A stretch of DNA of 64,000 bases from Nannocystales bacterium (lineage in GTDB: Bacteria > Myxococcota_A > Polyangia > Nannocystales > Nannocystaceae): NCBI GenBank assembly GCA_050633305.1, contig JBOEGF010000010.1:672001-736000 (forward strand), written 5' to 3'. Position 1 is the stretch's first letter, and every line of letters begins with the position of its first letter. A program made the position numbers and the translations under genes. Of this stretch, positions 38,432 through 47,202 are shown piece by piece. The notes under the pieces were generated by a model. The model was not told the origin of the DNA. It was given only the letters and a program-made list of their open reading frames with translations, and made no database searches.

Positions 38432-39166
38432 TTAGCGAGGCGCGGTGACGGTCCCGTCCTCTCGTGGGGCGGTGTGGGTGTTGTCTTCACGCGGCGCGGT
38501 CACGGTTTGTGCGTCGTCGTCTTCGGGGTGAATCATCCGGGCTCGAACCTTGTACTTGAGCTTGTTGGTGACGCTCTTGCCATGAAGGACCACGGTGATG
38601 ATGTGCCCCTTCGCATCGTCGATGCGGACGGTCTTGATCTTCCCCTTGCGGGCGTCGGGCGCGACCTCGAAGGACTTCACCGCGACGGCCTTGCCCTTGT
38701 TGGGCACCTTGCACACAACGACCTTCACCTTGCCGCCGTGATCGAGCTTGTGGAAGTCGATCTCGACCGGGTTCACGGCGGGAATCCCCGAGATGAACAT
38801 GCGCTCGGTGGGCCCGAGTAGGGTCCCCTTGTTCCACTTCTCGAAGTCGATTCGGCGCGGCCCGATGGTCTTCCAGCTCTTGTCGCCGGAGAGCTTGTTC
38901 CAGATCTTCACGCCCTCGTCGATCAGCTTCAGCGCTTGGATGGCCGTGGCGCCGAACGGCCCAGATTTGGCGATCGCAGTCTTGACGACTCCGGGCGTCT
39001 CCTTCCAGACCTTGCTGCTGACATCTGCGGCGGTCTTGCAGCTGTCTGCCGCGTGCGCCTGGGATGGGGTCGCGAGCACAAACGCGCCAGACAAGAGGCT
39101 GAAACCGAGCGCGAGGGGGCGGATTCGAGCCAACCGTCGAGACTGGGAGGTGCGTAGCGTCGTCAT
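38432..39166 (-). CDS. Secreted hypothetical protein (paralog of 34287-34838) with TAPR-repeat tail
   Basis: Signal peptide ending QAHA; shared motifs with 34287-34838; C-terminus TVTAPREDNTHTAPREDGTVTAPR. Confidence 0.75.
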   Translation of the reverse strand: MTTLRTSQSRRLARIRPLALGFSLLSGAFVLATPSQAHAADSCKTAADVSSKVWKETPGVVKTAIAKSGPFGATAIQALKLIDEGVKIWNKLSGDKSWKTIGPRRIDFEKWNKGTLLGPTERMFISGIPAVNPVEIDFHKLDHGGKVKVVVCKVPNKGKAVAVKSFEVAPDARKGKIKTVRIDDAKGHIITVVLHGKSVTNKLKYKVRARMIHPEDDDAQTVTAPREDNTHTAPREDGTVTAPR

Positions 39167-39338
39167 CACAACGATAGAGCGCTCACTCGCCTTCTTGGAC
39201 GGCTTTTTTTGAAACGAGGACCCGGGATCGGGGGTCCGGGCCCGAACTCAAGGTCTGCACGACGAGGCCGAAGTTCCCTGATATGCGACGTCCCCTGTCC
39301 CTGTGCGCTGCGAAGTCGACCATGAAGCGAGGTTTGTG

Positions 39339-39728
39339 ATGAGCACCCGAGTTCTCGTCGTGGATGATTCCCTGATGGTCCGGGCCCAAGCGAAGCGTGC
39401 GCTGGAGGGCGCCGGATTCGAGGTCGTCGAGGCTGGAAACGGGCTCGAGGCACTCGAGCGTCTCACGGACGACATTGCGTGCGTACTGTGTGACGTCAAC
39501 ATGCCGACAATGAACGGGGTCGAGTTTCTCGAGGCGGCCTCGAAATCGGGCAAAGCCATGCCCCCGGTTCTCATGGTGACGACGGAGTCGGAGGCGAACC
39601 TCATCCGGCGCGCACGTGCCCTGGGGGCGATGGGTTGGATGCTTAAACCCTACAAACCAGAAGCTCTCATCGCGACAGTCAAGAAGCTGGCTGCTCGCGG
39701 GCGATCGGTGCCTCGATGCGCGTCGTAA
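39339..39728 (+). CDS. Single-domain response regulator (CheY-like)
   Basis: VLVVDDS, LCDVNMP, MVTTE and LKP receiver motifs all intact. Confidence 0.92.
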   Translation: MSTRVLVVDDSLMVRAQAKRALEGAGFEVVEAGNGLEALERLTDDIACVLCDVNMPTMNGVEFLEAASKSGKAMPPVLMVTTESEANLIRRARALGAMGWMLKPYKPEALIATVKKLAARGRSVPRCAS

Positions 39729-40759
39729 TAGCGATGCCCGCGGGCCCCGTCGGAGAGCGGTTCGAAGACGTTCTGCGGTCGCGGGGGTACGACGTCGTAC
39801 GAACGGTGGAGAAGCTCTCGAAGAGCGGAATCGCGGCGCTCGGCGGAGACACGTTCATCTGCGGAGATCGTCGGGCGTTGCGAGCGATCCAAGGTGCAGG
39901 GCTCAAGCCTCTGCCGCATGTCATCGCGGCTCTGCCGAAGCTCGATGAGAAGTCGGTGGGGGCAGCGCTCGCAGCAGGAGCTGTCGACCTGATGACCCGG
40001 GCGGCGTGTGTGTCGGAGCTCGTGGCTCGTGTCGAGCTCCCTGGCAAGTTCGCGACCGACTCGGAAACCGGAGGGAAGGGGCGCCTGCGCGGGAGCTCGT
40101 CCTGGGACAAGATCCCAGACCTCATGTCCGCCAGTGTGGGCTCGACGCTCGGCACGACGCTGACCCGTCGGCCGCACGACGGAGCGAGACCGGAGGTGGG
40201 ATCTGCACTTCGCGTGACGTGTCGGGACGATGCATCCACGGTGGAGATCCTCGTGGGCTGTTCGAACGAAGCAGGGCGGGCTCTCGTGCGCTCGTTGTTC
40301 GGGCAAGATGGTCCCGAGAGCGCGTTGCCGGACTGTCTGCGGGAGACGGCGAACGTCCTCGCGGGTGTTTTCAAGCAGGCAGTGATGTCGGATGGCATTG
40401 GGGTCACGCTGGGCTTGCCCGATGACTGTCCGCCGAAGAAGTTCGCCGACGCGGAGTCGACCTGGGCGCTGGAGGGCGACGGAATCTCGCTCGTCCTCGG
40501 GTTGCTTCCCGGCCAGGGGGGTCTGCGAACGGTCCAGGTGCAAGAACTCGTGCCCGGAATGGTGTTGCGCAGGGATGTCTTGCTCAACGGCGGGGTGCCG
40601 TTTGTGCGCGCTGGTACAGCGCTGACCGAGCGAACGATCGACAAGCTGGCCGAAGTGCTCGGCAGAGAGTCGTCGGTCTCGGTGGCAGAGGCGACCCTGG
40701 AGTATGCGGACTGCAGCGCGCTCGAGGACGACGGTTTGCTGCTCTTCGAGGCGAGCTAG
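39716..40759 (+). CDS. Degenerate receiver + CheX-like phosphatase fusion
   Basis: AALAAGAVD receiver remnant; DCLRETANVLAG contains the CheC/CheX ExxN motif; C-terminal ELVPGMVLRRDV..AGTALT module. Confidence 0.65.
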   Translation: MRVVIAMPAGPVGERFEDVLRSRGYDVVRTVEKLSKSGIAALGGDTFICGDRRALRAIQGAGLKPLPHVIAALPKLDEKSVGAALAAGAVDLMTRAACVSELVARVELPGKFATDSETGGKGRLRGSSSWDKIPDLMSASVGSTLGTTLTRRPHDGARPEVGSALRVTCRDDASTVEILVGCSNEAGRALVRSLFGQDGPESALPDCLRETANVLAGVFKQAVMSDGIGVTLGLPDDCPPKKFADAESTWALEGDGISLVLGLLPGQGGLRTVQVQELVPGMVLRRDVLLNGGVPFVRAGTALTERTIDKLAEVLGRESSVSVAEATLEYADCSALEDDGLLLFEAS

Positions 40760-40765
40760 CTGTGA

Positions 40766-40790
40766 GCAGCGGGGGGTTAGCCCCCGCTGC
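40766..40790. terminator. Hairpin between convergent genes (candidate terminator)
   Basis: GCAGCGGGGG-GTTAG-CCCCCGCTGC perfect 10-bp stem, 6 bp after the 40759 stop. Confidence 0.55.
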
Positions 40791-40836
40791 ACGTCGAGAG
40801 GGCCAGGACGGCGCATCCGGTGGATGCGTCCGTCAT

Positions 40837-41193
40837 CTAGCGTTCGGCGGTTTGACCGGGGCCGTTGAGGGACCGACCCGGCCAGGAGCCGTCGGCTTGC
40901 TGTTGAGCTCTGAGCCACGCGATGCCGTTCTTGGCGGCTCTTGGTTCGAGACCGGTCGTGCACAGTGCGAGTGTTGCTAGCGTGGTCGTGTACCCGTCAC
41001 CGCGCGAGGTACGACGCGCATGGCCTGGCATGAGTCGCCCGACAGAAAAGCTCCTGTCGGACCGCTGTGCTTTCCGGAGTGCGACGGCGGCGGGCTGTGC
41101 TGGGGTCGAGGCAGCCGCAGGAGTTGGGCCTGCCGTGCTGTGGCATGCCAGCCCGAGGCCGAGGGCGAAGACAAGGAGCGGGCGGGGCAGCAT
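40837..41193 (-). pseudogene. Short lipoprotein retaining only the C-terminal prenyltransferase/squalene-cyclase-like QW repeats (probable internal deletion)
   Basis: Lipobox LGLAC then DGYTTTLATLAL..GIAWLRAQQQADGSWPGRSLN; only 118 aa. Confidence 0.5.
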
Positions 41194-41209
41194 CGGTGTG
41201 CGCGGAGCA

Positions 41210-42556
41210 CTACGCTGTCGCAGCGATGGCGAGCATCGCTTCTTTGGCGGCGGCAATCGTCTGGTCGATGATCTCTTCGGTGTGGGAGACGGAGACGAAG
41301 CCGGATTCGAACTGCGACGGCGCCAGGTAGACGCCGCGCTCCAGCATGGCGGAGTGCCATTGCGTGAACTGATCGAGGTTGCTGGCCTTGGCGTCTTCGT
41401 AGTTGCGAACTTTGCCGCTGCGGAAGAAGCCGGTGAACATCGAGCCCACGCGGTTGCTCGTGAACGGGAGCCCCGCGGCGTCGGCGGCTTCGACGATTCC
41501 GGTCGCGAGGCGCTCGGTCAGGGCGTCGAGCTTGGCGTACGGTGAGTCGCGCTCGAGGATCTTGAGTGTGGCCATGCCCGCCGCGACGGCGATAGGGTTT
41601 CCGCTCAGCGTACCCGCCTGGTAGACGGGCCCGACGGGGGCGAGCTTCTCCATGATCTCTCGCTTTCCGCCGTAGGCCGCGCAGGGGAGGCCTCCTCCGA
41701 CGATCTTGCCCAGCGCGGTGAGATCGGGTGTGACCCCGAACAGCTCCTGCGCGCCGCCTTTGGCCAGCCGGAATCCGGTCATCACCTCGTCGAAGATCAG
41801 CACGATGCCGTGCTCGGCCGTGAGCTCTCGAAGACCTTCGAGGTAGCCGGGGTCGGGCGGGACGCAGCCCATGTTGCCGCAGACCGGCTCGATGATGATC
41901 GCCGCGATGTCATCGGGGTGCTGCGCGATGATGGCCTTGACTGCGTCGAGGTCGTTCTGCGGCGCGAGAAGCGTTTGTTTTACGACGTCGGCAGGAACGC
42001 CGGCGGTGCCCGGCAGGCCGAGCGTGGCTGCACCGGATCCGGCAGCGACGAGGAGGAAGTCAGCGTGGCCGTGGTAGCCCCCGTCCATCTTGATGATCTT
42101 GTCGCGTCCGGTGTAGCCGCGGGCGAGCCGGAGCGCGCTCATCGTGGCCTCGGTCCCGGAGTTGACCATGCGGACCATGCCGCCTTGCAGGCTCGGCACC
42201 ATCGAGCAGACGAGCTCGGCGAAGTCGACCTCGCCGGCCGACGCCGCACCGAAGCTCAGACCGTCCCGGACCGCCTTCTGCACGGCATCGATGACCTCGG
42301 GTTCCGCGTGTCCGAGGATGGCGGGGCCCCACGTGCCGACGTAGTCGATGAGCGCGACGCCATCCTCCGTGATGATGTGCGCCCCCTTGGCCTTGCGCAC
42401 GAAGGGGGGATCTCCGCCGACCGGACCGAACGCGCGGACCGGGCTGTTCACGCCACCGGGGATCACGCTTTGCGCGGCTTCCATCAGCTCGCGGCTGCGG
42501 TCTCCCGCGCGTCCATCAACCTTCGTTTCGACTGTGGGCGTTTCGCTGGTGCTCAT
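41210..42556 (-). CDS. hemL: Glutamate-1-semialdehyde 2,1-aminomutase
   Basis: PGGVNSPVRAF, VNSGTEATMSA, YHGH, FDEVMTGFR, LGKIVGGGLP, YQAGTLSGNP, PSQFE. Confidence 0.97.
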   Translation of the reverse strand: MSTSETPTVETKVDGRAGDRSRELMEAAQSVIPGGVNSPVRAFGPVGGDPPFVRKAKGAHIITEDGVALIDYVGTWGPAILGHAEPEVIDAVQKAVRDGLSFGAASAGEVDFAELVCSMVPSLQGGMVRMVNSGTEATMSALRLARGYTGRDKIIKMDGGYHGHADFLLVAAGSGAATLGLPGTAGVPADVVKQTLLAPQNDLDAVKAIIAQHPDDIAAIIIEPVCGNMGCVPPDPGYLEGLRELTAEHGIVLIFDEVMTGFRLAKGGAQELFGVTPDLTALGKIVGGGLPCAAYGGKREIMEKLAPVGPVYQAGTLSGNPIAVAAGMATLKILERDSPYAKLDALTERLATGIVEAADAAGLPFTSNRVGSMFTGFFRSGKVRNYEDAKASNLDQFTQWHSAMLERGVYLAPSQFESGFVSVSHTEEIIDQTIAAAKEAMLAIAATA

Positions 42557-42634
42557 GAGCGCGGAGACTCTAGCAGGAGCCCGCGAGACCCGCGTTGGGT
42601 GTTGTTGTAGGGCTCTGTGGCCCCCATGGTGGGG

Positions 42635-43198
42635 CTACAACAGGAGGTACAGCGCGGTTCCGTTGGCCGTCAGGGTCGCGGCCGCCAGCGATGCCCAGCA
42701 GATCCGCTGAAGCCGATGGAACCGGGCTGCGGCTGGCTCAGGTTCCAGGTCTCCGGAGGCCGCCGCCCGCCGTGTGCGTTGGCTGAGGAGAAACGTGCCT
42801 CCGGCGGCTCCGGCGAAGCTCAGCCCGAGTCCAAGCAGCAGGAAGGTGGTTTCGTAGCGGCCGAGCCCGCCGGCCGCACTCGCGACCCGGCATTGCGACG
42901 GGTCGCTTTCGTCGTAGGCGATCGCGACGGCTTCGACTTCTCCGCAGCGGTTGGTTGCGCCGCCACAGTTGCGGTACGTCTCGCCACCGACTCGGATCTG
43001 ATACTGCGCCCCGCGCTTGGGGTCGCATTCGGCGGTACTGGACATCACGGTGGGGCTGCTGTTGTCCAGCTGCCATGGTGCGGAGACGACCCCCACAAGG
43101 AACCAGAGCACCGAGGCCACGCCGACCAGTCCGACCAGCAGCATCACTGGGGCACGGCCGGTCATGAAGCCGTCGAGCGCGGTTCGTTCCTCGATCAT
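42635..43198 (-). CDS. Hypothetical membrane protein
   Basis: Three hydrophobic segments around a small Cys-containing soluble domain; ATGA overlap with the upstream GT gene. Confidence 0.6.
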   Translation of the reverse strand: MIEERTALDGFMTGRAPVMLLVGLVGVASVLWFLVGVVSAPWQLDNSSPTVMSSTAECDPKRGAQYQIRVGGETYRNCGGATNRCGEVEAVAIAYDESDPSQCRVASAAGGLGRYETTFLLLGLGLSFAGAAGGTFLLSQRTRRAAASGDLEPEPAAARFHRLQRICWASLAAATLTANGTALYLLL

Positions 43199-44178
43199 GC
43201 GCGCAGGGATAGCAGGGCCGAGTCGATCGCGTCCATGGTCGCGGTTGCGACGTCAGGGCCGCGGCTTGCCACCGGACGGGGGAGCGGGGGGGAGTCCACG
43301 AAGCGGGCGATGCGGGTCGGTGTCAGCGCCTGGAACGAACACCCGTCTCCGAGGCCCGCGTCGAGCACCATCGCCGCGTTGAGCCGCTGCTCATCATCCC
43401 CGTCGGTGTAGAGGGCAAGGATGGGAATGCCCAGCCCCACGCACTCGGAGATCAGCTGGCTGCCGGCGCTGGCGATGACAACGCGAGCCTCCGCGAGCCG
43501 TTCGATGAACCGGTCTCGGCCCTGCGGTTCGTACTCGACGCCCTCGATGCCCGGGTCCTCGGTGGAGAACAGAATCGGGCGCACTCCCTGGGCGACCAGG
43601 GCTCGGAGCACCTCGGGGGCGCCATCGCGGAAGTAGCAAAGAACTCGGGAAGGGGCGGCGACGCGATGCAGTCGCGGGTCCAGCGAGGGGCGAGCCAAGA
43701 CCACGCGGGAGGTACGAGGTTGCAACGGCACGAAGTTCACCGCGACACATCGGTGCGCACCGGCGGACGAGGCAGCAGCTTTGGTGGCTTCCCGGAGCCA
43801 GGGTCCGGCCGGGAGTGCCGGCGGACGCTTGCATTCACTGAAGACCAGGCCGTGCCCCAAAGCGATCGACGGGACTCGAAGGGCGTGCGCGGCGAGGAGC
43901 CCGGGAAGGTCACCATCTGAGACGACCAGCGAAACACGATCCCGTCGCCCGTGGGCGACCGCGTCCCAAGCGCGGCGCGTCAGTCCAAGCGCGGCGCGGC
44001 CCGGTGTTGGGGGAAGCGAGGCGACCTCTGTGCATGGCATTTCACCGGAGAACAGCGGCACCCCGTCGCGCCCGACGAACGCGCGAAAGGAGTGCCCCGC
44101 GTCGGTCAGTGCGCGTGCGACGGCAAGACAACGGGTGGCATGACCTCGGCCTCGTCCATGCACGTACAGGTGAATCAC
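43195..44178 (-). CDS. GT-B glycosyltransferase (MJ1255/GT28-like)
   Basis: HGRGRGHATR, VVSD, IASAGSQLISE..LG.P and DEQRLNA motifs. Confidence 0.82.
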   Translation of the reverse strand: MIHLYVHGRGRGHATRCLAVARALTDAGHSFRAFVGRDGVPLFSGEMPCTEVASLPPTPGRAALGLTRRAWDAVAHGRRDRVSLVVSDGDLPGLLAAHALRVPSIALGHGLVFSECKRPPALPAGPWLREATKAAASSAGAHRCVAVNFVPLQPRTSRVVLARPSLDPRLHRVAAPSRVLCYFRDGAPEVLRALVAQGVRPILFSTEDPGIEGVEYEPQGRDRFIERLAEARVVIASAGSQLISECVGLGIPILALYTDGDDEQRLNAAMVLDAGLGDGCSFQALTPTRIARFVDSPPLPRPVASRGPDVATATMDAIDSALLSLRA

Positions 44179-44243
44179 GGCGGCGCAGCGTACCACCGGC
44201 GCTTTTTTCCAACCCACCCGGAGGGCGACTGGCTAGGGACCGC

Positions 44244-44348
44244 ATGCTCGAAGTCATCACCGTCGCCTTGTTCGGGAGCACGCTCCTGTCGGCTCTCGTC
44301 ACGCTGGGCGGCGCGTACAGCAGTGGATCGATCAAGGTTCTGCGCTGA
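44244..44348 (+). CDS. Possible small single-TM protein (34 aa)
   Basis: MLEVITVALFGSTLLSALVTLGGAYSSGSIKVLR, preceded by AGGGA RBS-like sequence. Confidence 0.35.
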   Translation: MLEVITVALFGSTLLSALVTLGGAYSSGSIKVLR

Positions 44349-44627
44349 TTCGCACCCAGGACCAGAGGCGAACACGTCGTCGTGTGGTTCTCCGGGACCG
44401 CCGCGAGAGCCCCCCGATCCCCGATCCTTCGCGGGCGCCGGTGTTCGCGACATCCGCGCTAGGCCCAGTAGGGTGTCGGTGAGCGCCATTCATCGGGCCT
44501 ACCCGGGTTCCCGGAGGGGGTTAGACCCCGTTTCTTGCGGTGGTGGAGGGCCCACGGGCGTTCTGGCTCCACGAACCCCGGAGCTGATTTTGGCTCTGTT
44601 GTCCTGTGGGCACTATCCTGCGCGTCG

Positions 44628-45686
44628 GTGGGGGCCCAACAGCAGCCGCGGACTCGTTCGCCGTACATCGTCTCGCCGCTGTACGACTGGGTGTTCTTTC
44701 TTGCGCCTCCACTCGTCGCGCTGTGGCTGGGGGCGATGGTCGGGCTGGGAGACGTCGGCCAGGAGGTCTTCGTTTGGTGGGACCAAGACGTCACCTTCAA
44801 CAATGTGGTGCTCGGCGTGTTCATCCACGCACATCTCGTCATCGTGTTCTGGCGCAGCCATGGCAACACCGAGGTCCGCACCCGGTTCAAGTGGCGGATG
44901 TTTCTCATCCCTCCGTTGCTGTTCGTCGCCATTCACGTCTCGACCTGGGTCGCGATCTCGGCGTCGGTCCTCGCGACGCTCTGGGACGTCTACCATTCCG
45001 GCGCGCAGACCTTCGGGTTCGCTCGCATCTACGAAGTGCGGGCGGGCAACGATCCCCTCGCCGGCCGGGCCCGAGATTTCTGGCTCAACCAGGTGCTGTA
45101 TGCGGGGCCTATCGTCGCGGGTGTGACGATGCTCGACCACTTCGAGGACTTCGGAGAGTTCGAGGCGGTCAAGGCCGCATTCTTCACCGAGATCCCGGTC
45201 AAGATGGAGTCCAACCAGGTCTACTTCACCTGGGCGATTCTCGGCATTGGGGCGCTGATGTTGCTCCACTACGTCTGGGCGTCGTGGCGTGACCATCGGG
45301 GCGGCAAGCACGTCCCGTGGCAGAAGGTCTACCTGCTGACCAGCACTGGGGTTGTTTCGATCTACTGTTGGGGCTTCAACCCGTGGGGCCAAGCGTTCCT
45401 GGTGATGAACGCGTTTCACGCTCTTCAATACTTCGGGATCGTCTGGGCGACCGAAGGCAACAACATGCAGCGCGTCCTTCGGTTGCGGGACGTTCGGGCC
45501 GGTCGTGTGCTGACCTGGGTCGCGTTTGTGCTCGGCGCGCTGCTGTACGGCCTCGCGGTCGAAGCGTGGGCGGGCTTGGGTGGCTCGCTGTGGAGCTTCT
45601 GGGCTGTGACCATCGTGGTCAGCCTCATGCACTTCTGGTACGACGGGTTCATCTGGTCGGTCAGAAAAACCACGACGACGTCGTAG
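44628..45686 (+). CDS. Multi-pass membrane protein with conserved-looking His motifs
   Basis: About 8-9 TM segments; HAH, WDVYHSGAQTFG, HALQY, HFWYDGFIW; start uncertain. Confidence 0.7.
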   Translation: MGAQQQPRTRSPYIVSPLYDWVFFLAPPLVALWLGAMVGLGDVGQEVFVWWDQDVTFNNVVLGVFIHAHLVIVFWRSHGNTEVRTRFKWRMFLIPPLLFVAIHVSTWVAISASVLATLWDVYHSGAQTFGFARIYEVRAGNDPLAGRARDFWLNQVLYAGPIVAGVTMLDHFEDFGEFEAVKAAFFTEIPVKMESNQVYFTWAILGIGALMLLHYVWASWRDHRGGKHVPWQKVYLLTSTGVVSIYCWGFNPWGQAFLVMNAFHALQYFGIVWATEGNNMQRVLRLRDVRAGRVLTWVAFVLGALLYGLAVEAWAGLGGSLWSFWAVTIVVSLMHFWYDGFIWSVRKTTTTS

Positions 45687-45699
45687 AGACGCGGATCCC

Positions 45700-47199
45700 G
45701 TGAGTGAAGCCAAGCGTAGTGTGTCGCGTGATGCGTCGATCCTGGTGGTCGGCAACGTGCTTGCGACCATTGCGGATGTCGTCACGCCGATCGCGATTCT
45801 TCGACTGACCGGCAAGGCCGAGGTCGCGAGCCTCTCCGGCCTGCTGCTGACCTACAACACGATGGCGTTGCTGCTGCTGGCGGGGTTCCACCAGACGGTG
45901 ATGTTCTTCCTTCCGGGGCGGCCGATCGAAGAGCGAGCAGCCATTGCCCGCAAGGTTGTTCGACTCTTGATTGGGCTCGGCGGTGTAGGAGCGGTCATTT
46001 TGGTGGTTCTTGGCGCCTACGCCACACCACTCATCGCTGGACTCGATCTGTTCGACGAGGCCCCGACCGACCTCTCGCCGCTGATGTTCCTGCTGGTGTT
46101 TCCACTGGGGGACCTACCGGCTCGCATCCTGCCCAACCTCGCGGTCGTCGAGCGTCGTCCCCGAACCGCCGCGACGTATGGTGTGTTTCGGTCGCTGACG
46201 ATTTCGATCAGCACGCTGTTACCGATCGCTCTCGGCTATTCCCCGTCGGTCGTCGCGATGAGCATGAGCGCGGTGGCGCTGGGGCAGCTCGCGTTTGTCG
46301 GGGTTGTCATGCGGAAGTGCTACGCCGACTGTCCGCGGGTGCCCTCGCCAGTCACGACGGGGGAACTGGTGCGCTTCGGCCTTCCGCTGGGGGCCACGGA
46401 CATGGTGGCCTCGCTCAACAACCGCTTCGACCAGCTGTTGGTGATCACCTCGTTTCCCGCGCACACATACGCGGTCTATCGAGCTGGCGCGTACCAGATC
46501 CCGGTCGTCACACGGATCCCCTACCTGGTGGCGTCTGCGCTCGCCCCCTCGTTGGTCGAGGCGTTCCGCGAGGGGCGGGCCCGGGATGCGATCGACGCTT
46601 GGAAGGACTCGATCGGCAAGGTGTCGCTCCTGGTTGTCCCGGTCACGCTCGTGTTCTTTGTGGGCGCCGAGGCTTTCATCGAGCTGCTCGGTGGACGGGC
46701 GTACCTGGACGCGGTGCCCGTGTTCCGCTGGTACACGTTGTTGTCCATCGTCAGGGTCGCGGCGTTCGGCACGGTGATCGTGGCCGCGGGCAAGCCGAAG
46801 TACGTCCTGCAAGCGGCCTTGCAGTCCTTCTCGTTCAACGTTCTGCTGAGCATCCCGTTGCTGTTCATCGTCGGCTTTGTGGGCCCGGCGATGGGAACCG
46901 CGCTCGCGTTCTTCCCGATCGCCGTCGTCTACACCCGGTACATCTCCAAGGCGTCGGGCATCCCGCTGCGCGACATCTTCCCGCTGCGCGCCTACCTGCG
47001 GGTCGTGCTCGTCGCGAGTGTCGGGGCTGCAGCGGCCTGGGCCTTTGCCGCGAGGACCGCCTACGGGCCGTGGGCAGAGCTGTTGGGCGTGGCGGGAATC
47101 GTGCTTGCGAGCTTCGCTGTCCTCGGCACGCTCACCCGGACGATCAGCGCCGAGGACTGGGCCTTCGCGACTGCGAAACTCCGGCGCAAGCGAAGCTGA
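45700..47199 (+). CDS. Wzx-like oligosaccharide flippase (MOP superfamily)
   Basis: About 12-14 TM segments; FGLPL, RFDQLLV, YAVYRAG and GPAMGT motifs. Confidence 0.85.
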   Translation: MSEAKRSVSRDASILVVGNVLATIADVVTPIAILRLTGKAEVASLSGLLLTYNTMALLLLAGFHQTVMFFLPGRPIEERAAIARKVVRLLIGLGGVGAVILVVLGAYATPLIAGLDLFDEAPTDLSPLMFLLVFPLGDLPARILPNLAVVERRPRTAATYGVFRSLTISISTLLPIALGYSPSVVAMSMSAVALGQLAFVGVVMRKCYADCPRVPSPVTTGELVRFGLPLGATDMVASLNNRFDQLLVITSFPAHTYAVYRAGAYQIPVVTRIPYLVASALAPSLVEAFREGRARDAIDAWKDSIGKVSLLVVPVTLVFFVGAEAFIELLGGRAYLDAVPVFRWYTLLSIVRVAAFGTVIVAAGKPKYVLQAALQSFSFNVLLSIPLLFIVGFVGPAMGTALAFFPIAVVYTRYISKASGIPLRDIFPLRAYLRVVLVASVGAAAAWAFAARTAYGPWAELLGVAGIVLASFAVLGTLTRTISAEDWAFATAKLRRKRS

Positions 47200-47202
47200 G
47201 CG

